Source: the human T2T-CHM13v2.0 reference genome, Homo sapiens. Taken from it: a stretch of DNA of 64,000 nucleotides. The position numbers and the translations under genes are program-made. The notes under the pieces were generated by a model. It did not search any database, was not told where the DNA came from, and saw nothing but the letters and a program-made list of their open reading frames with translations. How positions within the stretch are numbered: the stretch's first letter is position 1; each line of letters opens with the position of its first letter. The stretch lies in the NCBI RefSeq assembly GCF_009914755.1, contig NC_060937.1, one strand, 5' to 3'. Positions 57,228-64,000 of the stretch are shown piece by piece.

Positions 57228-57814
57228 TACATCTATCTATATCTATATATTTATATTCATATTATGCCATCTATACTTACATCTATACCTATATTACTGG
57301 GATTATATCAGTGTAAATTAAAAGTAGATTCTGACAACTTTAGAAGTACATGGTAATGCCTAAGCAGGTGCTAAGCTGGTAATTTAAAAGTATAGTGAAA
57401 ATATAGGGAATTAAAATGTTGCTCTAAAAAGTATTTAATACAAAAAATTAGTAAGGCAGAAATAGAGGAACAGAAAAAGCATGAGAATATAAAATGTAAA
57501 GTGTAAAATCCCAGACATAAGTAAATTCAAATATATAAATAATAGCATTAAATGACAATGAAATAAACATCTAATCAAAAGGCACAAATTATCAGACTGG
57601 ATTTGAAACGTCATCCAATTAAAGGCAGTCTACAGGATACACACTTTAGTTTCAAAGATACCAAAGCATTAAAATTTTAAAAATAAAAAGTAATATACAA
57701 AATATTTTATAAACATTGAAGTTGCCATACTGATTTCAGATGAAGTAGATGTTTCTTTTTGTTTCTTTCCCTCTCTTTCTTTTTAAATTAACATCTTTAA
57801 AAACTGTATAATTG

Positions 57815-58136
57815 TATTTTCTTTTTAAACTTTAATTTTGGATGCAAAGGGTACATGTGCAGATTTGTTACCTGGCTATATTGTGTGACACTGAGGTTAG
57901 GGGTACAGATGATCCTGTCACCCAGGTAGTGTGCATGGTAACCCAATAGGTAGTTTTTTATCCGCAACTCCTTCTGACTCTCCCCACTTAGTAGTCCCCA
58001 GTGTCTACCATTTACATTTTGTGTCCTTGTGTATTCAATGTTTAGCTTCCACTGGTAAGTGAGAACATGTAATATTTGGTTTTCTATTCCTGCATTAATT
58101 CATTTAATATAATGGCCTCCAGCTGCATCCATGTTA
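57815..58136 (-). mobile_element. L1PA15/16-type 3' end
   Basis: gggtacatgtgcagatttgttac...ctgaggtt...gatcctgtcacccaggtagtg. Confidence 0.85.
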
Positions 58137-58850
58137 TTCTAGGGTAAAATATCTTAAACATGCACCTGGATTAAGCATTGAAAATTGTATTACTGTAACC
58201 CATGTCAAATCTTATAAAATTAAATTTCTGAAAAATAGGAACAAGTCTTCTGCATTTTTACAAATTCTTCAAATAATTCAAATACATACATACAAGAAAA
58301 GATAATAATTATTGTACTGTAGTGGAGGACATTAAAATTAAAAGAAGTATTGATATTTGTTGAATTGTAGCTGTTGCTCCTACTTGAAATACTTTCTCAA
58401 TATTAGATCGTATTTTTCACCCAAACAAATTGATTATTATATAATGGGTTATGTTTCTCCTTTCAGAATCTTAGACTAACCCCCACCCCACCAATCACTT
58501 CTCAGCCTTCTGACTAATATCAAGTCAAGAATCTTAGATCCCAAAAATCATATTAAATTGTCACAAGCAATGGCTTTATTCACTTAAAATGGTTCATTTT
58601 CTTTACCAGAACTAAACCGCAATGCTTCAAGCTGATATTAAAAATTGTTGGACCCATGCTGTATACATGTGGACTGCTGACAGACATGTAACTAAAATAA
58701 TTTTCCCAATTATCCAAATATGTGTTTATCAAATTATTTAAAGTAAATTGTGAAATATTACATAAAATTTCTGAACAGTTAATAAATATTTATATGTTTT
58801 ATATTTACCTTTTTAATGATTACATTTGTAATTTTTAATTGTTAGAACAT

Positions 58851-61350
58851 CCATATTTTTATTTACTTCTTTTTAAACTTTTATTTTAGGGTTACATGTG
58901 TAGGTTTGTCATATAGGTAAATTATGTGTTGTGAGAGTTTGGTGTACAAATTATTTTATCACCCAGCTAATAGGTATAGTACCCGTGGGGTATTTTTTTG
59001 ATCCTAATTCTCCTCCCATGTTCCACTCTCAAGTAGGCCCCAGTGTCTTTTGTTCCCTTCTTTGTGTCCATGCGTACTCATTAAGCTCCCATTTATAAGT
59101 GAGAACATGCAGTATTTGGTTTTCTGTTCCTGTGTTAGTTCACTTAGTATAATACCCTCCAGCTCCCTCCATGTTGCTGCAAATGACATTATTTCACTCT
59201 TTTTTTGGTTGCATAGTATTCCATAGTGTATGTGTACCACATTTTCTATATCCAGTCTACTGGGGATGAACAGTTAGGTTGATTCCATGTCTTTGCTATT
59301 GAAAATAATGGTGTGATGAACACATGTGTGCATGTGTCTTCATGGTAGAATGATTTTTATTCATTTGGGTATATACTCAATAATGGGATTGCTGGGTAAA
59401 ATGATACTTCAAAGTTCTTTGAGAAATCTGCAAACTGATTTCCACAGGGGATGAGTTAGTTTACAACCCCACCATCAGTTTATCAGCATTTGCTTTTCTC
59501 CACAGCCTTTCCAGTATCTGTTATCTTTTTACTTTTTAATAATAGACGTTCTGACTAATGGGAGAGAGTGTTGGATGGATTTCCCTAGCATTTTGCTAAT
59601 GATTAGTGATGTGGAGCACTTTTTCATTTGCTTATTGGTGGCATGTATATCTTCTTTTGAAAAGTATCTGTTCATATCCTTTGCCCACTTTTTAATGTGG
59701 TTGTTTCTTTGTTTGTTTGGCTTGTTAATTAGTTTAAGCTTCTTACGTATTCTTTACAATTATGTAATGCTCTTCCTTGTATTTTTTGATCATTGATGGC
59801 TTACAGGTTTTTTTTCCCCTGAAATTAGAATAGCAACCCCTGCTTTTTTGTTGTTGTTTTTCATTTGTTTGGTTGATTTTTCTCCATCCCTTTACTTTGA
59901 GCCTACCAGTATCATTGCAAGTGAGATGGATCTCTTGAAGACAGCATTCAGTTGGGTCTTGCTTCTTTGTACAACTTACCACTTTGTGCATTTTAAGTGG
60001 AGCATTTAGCTCATTTACTCTCAAGCATATTATTGATATGTGTGGATTTATTCCTGTCATTTTGTTGTTAGCTGGTTAATATGCAGACTGGATTGTGTAA
60101 TTGCTTTATAGTGTCATTGGCCTACATACTTAAATGTGTTTTTGTGGTGGCCAGTAGTGGTCTTTCTTTTCCATATTTAGCACTCCCTTAAGGACCTCTT
60201 GTAAGAAGGTCTGGTGGTAATGAAATCCCTCAGGATTTGCTTGTCTTAAAAGGATCTTATTTATCCCTTGCTTATGAAGCTGGATTGAAATTCTTGATTG
60301 GAATTTTTTTTTAACAATGCTGAATATATGCCTCCAATCTCTTCCTGTTTGTAGGGGTTATGTTGAAATATCCTCTGTTAGTTTGATGAGGTTCTGTTTA
60401 TAGGTGACCTACCCTTTCTCTCTAGCTGCCTTTAATATTTTTTCTTTCATGTTGACCTTAGAGATTCTGATGACTATATTTCTTAGAGATGGTCATCTTG
60501 TATGTCTCACAGGAGTTTACTGCATTTTCTGAATTCGAATATCAGGATTCCTAGTGAGGTTCAGGAAAATTTCATGGAGTATATTCTGAAATATATTTTC
60601 CAAGTTGCTTGCTTTCTCTCCCTATCTTTCAGAGATGCCAATGAGTCATATATTTGGTCTCTTTACATAGCCTCATATTTCTTGCTGGTTTTGTTCATTC
60701 TTTCTTATTCTTCTTTCTTTGTTTTTGCTGGACTGAGTTGATTTGAAGTACCAGTCTTTGAGCTCTGAGATTTTTTTCCTCAGAAAAAATCTGCTGTTTA
60801 TTCTGCTGTTAATAGATTCTCTTGAATCTCAGTGATATTCCTTCCTATCCAGATTCTGAATTCTATATATTTCATTTTAGTCAGTTCAGGCTCATTAAGA
60901 ACCACTTCTGGGAAACCTGTGCAGTTGCCTAAAGGTAAGAAGATACTCCGGCTTTTTGAGTTGCGAGAGTTCATGCACTGGCTCTTTCTCATTTACGTGT
61001 GCTAATGTTCATTTAATTTTTGAAGTTGCTGTCCTTTGGACAGGGTTTTTGCATTTATACTTTTTGATGCCCTTGAGAGTTTGAGTGTGGTATAAGGTGG
61101 GTTCAGTTGGACTGGCTTCATATCCCTTCCCCAGGAGCCACTGGTTTTCAAGAACAAGTTCCAGTGTTTGATAATGTTGGGGAGTATTCCCAGATTCCTC
61201 CTCCTTTAGCCCAGTGTCAGCATCCTCCCTCAATCCATTCTCAGTGCCTTCCCACTGAAGATTTGCTCAAAGTTACCGGTCTTCCCAGTGGTGTGGTCTC
61301 TTACTAGGTGATATAGTTCCTGGCTGCATCTAGGCAATCATCTTGGCTTG
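58851..61350 (-). mobile_element. L1PA13/14-type LINE-1 with both ends but large internal deletions (2.5 kb)
   Basis: 5' end ccaagatgattgcctagatgcagcc, ORF1 remnant, endonuclease start, 3'UTR; candidate TSD aattgttagaacat (58837-58850) / aatttctagaacat (61351-61364). Confidence 0.88.
59743..60060 (-). pseudogene. L1 ORF2p endonuclease N-terminal remnant
   Basis: MTGINPHISII...NAPLK...KQDPTECCLQEIHLTCNDTGRLKVKGWRKI. Confidence 0.9.
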
Positions 61351-61517
61351 AATTTCTAGAACATTTTTAGAACATTTCATTTTAATTTAAAAATTTTACT
61401 TCATCCTACTGGAAGAAAGCATTCTATTAATGTTTCATTAATTCAGTGTGTTTCTCAACACAATATTTAATTTGTGTTGGTAATTGTGTATTGATTATAA
61501 TATAAAAATTATTAAGA

Positions 61518-61848
61518 TTTTTTATTTTGTATTTTTTTTTAATTTCTTTCAAATTTTTATTTTAGATTAAAGGAGTATATGTGCAGGTTTGTAACATAAA
61601 TAAATTGCATGTTGCAGGGGTTTGGTGCACGAATAATTTTGTCACCAATATTATCAGCATAATATCCAATAGATAGATTTTCAATCATCACACGTGTCCC
61701 ACTCTCCACCTTCAAGTTGGCCCCAGTGTCTATCGTTTACTTCTTTGTGTCCATGTGTACTTAATGTTTAGCTTCCACTTATAATTGAGGGCATGCAGCA
61801 TTTGGCTTTCTTTTCCTGCATTAATTCACTCAGGATAATGGTCTTCTA
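61518..61848 (-). mobile_element. L1PA13-15-type 3' end
   Basis: atgtgcaggtttgt...ttgcatgttgcaggggtttggtg...ccttcaagttggccccagtgtc. Confidence 0.85.
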
Positions 61849-62104
61849 ACACAGTACAGATTACTAGACTAATCATGTCGAAGACTGTATTAATGTCCTC
61901 ACATTTTTGACATCCTCTTCTTCATATAGCCTTATGAGCTCTGAAAAACATTAGTACTTTTATTTACTTCATTGGGGTATTTATTATGTACTATAAGATT
62001 GGCATACGTTAGTATGCATTTTTGTCAAAACTAAGATAAGCATTGTGTAGGAAATTGTGTTTCTTCCAGGAAAGGCTAATAACTTGACCTATATGCTCTG
62101 TACC

Positions 62105-62639
62105 TGCCTTAGTTCTTATTGCTGTGTAATAAATTACTTCCAACAAATCAACTAAAAACAACAAATATTTGCTATCCTCTGCATTTTCTCAGGGTCAGAA
62201 CTCTGGAATGGTTTTGCTGAGTGGTCTATGTCAGAGTCTCTCCTGAGTTTGCTATAGAGATTTCAGCAGGAATTACTTGTGAAGCCTTGACTATATGAGA
62301 GGATTCTCTTCCAAACTCACTTGCATGGCTTTTGGCAGTAGGCTTCAGTTCCTCACCACATAGGCTTTTCTTGCAGGCAGCTTAAGATTTTGATTCTCTG
62401 AGAAAAAGAGAGACAGGCAGGGAGGGAGGAAGAGAGAGAGAGAGACAGAAAGAGAAAGAGAGAAAGAGAAACTCAAACAGAAATTTTTACCTTTTAAAGC
62501 CTAATAGCTAATTTAGAAGAGATATATCATCTCTTCTCCATATTCTATTTGTTTTTCAGACTATGCCTGGTAAAATATATGAGTGTGACTATCAGAAGGC
62601 AGTTATCCTTGGAAACCGTCTTGGAAGCTGCCTACCACA
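62105..62639 (-). mobile_element. MLT1F-type MaLR LTR
   Basis: attgctgtgtaataaattac...ttccaaactcact...ggcttcagttcctcaccaca...cttggaagctgcctaccaca. Confidence 0.8.
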
Positions 62640-62879
62640 ATCTCTTGTATTGCTACTTTGGTTGTTCCTTCTCTTTTCTGCAAAATCTCTGTGTTTCTTT
62701 GTTATTTATAATTTCCATGAACATGCACAAAAATGCTTTTTTATATTGTTAATTTGAGGATCAAACAAATTTTAGCATCAAATGTCACTCAATAGTAAAC
62801 ATTGTTTCTCTACTACTTGTCATAGCCAAACTTCTATAATTATTTACCATGACAAATTAGTTGTTATCACATATTTTTG

Positions 62880-63580
62880 CCAAGTTCACTTGGCTTTCCT
62901 TGTTCATACCTCATTCCTTATTCAGTTCACTCTAACCAGACTTCCATTTGCATGACTCTACTAAAGCATGGATTTTGCAAGGATTATTAGAATTTTTATG
63001 AGGCCAAATCCAATAGATTAAAAAAAAAAGTTCTCATTTTACTATATGCTTAGCAGCATTTGGGGTGATACATCACTTTTCTCTTCTTTAAACATTCTCT
63101 TCTCTTGCCTGTCCTTGTTTTCTTTTCCTAGTCTATAATTACTACTTCTTCTCTCACTTGTGGCCTCTAACTCACATCTGCACACTTAATATTATGGAGT
63201 TTTTCATAGTTTGGTTCTTATTCAGGCTTCCTACCCTTTTTCTTTACAGTCTCCTCCTCATTCACTTATATATTTTTAATTATTATGCAGATTCTAGGCA
63301 TGTAATACAAGAATATACATCTATTACCTTGACCTAATTCTCAGATATGTACTCTAAGTATACAAGTTTCTTCCTGACAATCCTATAAGAATAGGTCAGT
63401 AATAGTAAATATTTTGTTATCAATATTATCTCTTATTAACATGTTGTTCTGTCAGACTTCCTCACATCATCAAGTTGTAGTAGTTTTCATCCAGTGGCCC
63501 AAGCCAGGCATTTCATTGTTATATAAGGCAATCTGTCACCAAGTCCTCACAACCCTGTAACCAAAATATATCTAAACTAC
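62880..63580 (+). mobile_element. L2 fragment
   Basis: ggccaaatccaat...ttagcagcatttg...ctcttctcttg...ccatccagtggcccaagcca-like motif...tcaccaagtcct. Confidence 0.7.
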
Positions 63581-63581
63581 C

Positions 63582-64000
63582 TGGATTGGGCTTGACTGTG
63601 TCCCCACCCAAATCTCATCTTGGGTTACAGCTCCTATAATTGCCACGTGTTGTGGGAGGGACACAGTGGGAGATAACTGAGTCATGGGGGTGTTTTCCCC
63701 CATACTGTCCTCATGGTAATGAATAAATCTCACAAGATCTGATGGTTTTATAAGAGGAAACCCCTTTGGCTTGGTTCTCATTTCCCTCTTTGCTTACCAC
63801 CTATAAGACATACTGTTCACCTTCTGTCATGATTGTGAGGCCCCTCTAGCCATGTGGAACTGTGAGTCCATTAAACCTTTTTCTTTATAGATTACCTAGT
63901 CTCAGGTATATTTTTATCAGCAGTGTGAAAACAGACTAATACAGTAAAATGGTACTGGTAGAATGGGGTGCTGCTGTAAACATACCCAAAAATGTGGAAG
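63582..64000 (+). mobile_element. THE1 (THE1C-like) 5' LTR (to 63943) plus start of THE1-int, continuing past the window end
   Basis: ctgtgtccccacccaaatctcatcttg...gactaataca, then gtaaaatggtac...ggggtgctgctgtaaa.atacccaaaaatgtggaag. Confidence 0.92.

Overview
This is AT-rich primate genomic DNA, most likely hominoid given AluY and an L1PA3-type insertion. It looks intergenic or deep-intronic. I found no protein-coding gene, tRNA, rRNA or CRISPR array. Nearly all listed ORFs come from Alu, L1, LTR or microsatellite sequence. The window is a layered record of transposons: L2/MIR, HAL1, L1M and L1PA elements, ERV1/ERVL/MaLR LTRs, MER1B/MER2/MER5/MER75 DNA transposons and 12 Alus. Several insertions are nested with readable target-site duplications (TSDs). 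The most notable observations are: (1) a 2.5-kb L1 with both ends intact whose 5'UTR deletion looks like an RNA splice; (2) a 43-bp-stem L2-derived hairpin whose four mismatches all become G-U pairs on the minus strand, about 4.3 kb downstream of an unusually CpG-rich minus-strand LTR; (3) a near-perfect 3x107-bp tandem repeat inside an ancient L1 5'UTR; (4) two template-switch micro-rearrangements inside L1s. Subfamily names come from recalled consensus sequences, not a database search, and boundaries of old elements are approximate.
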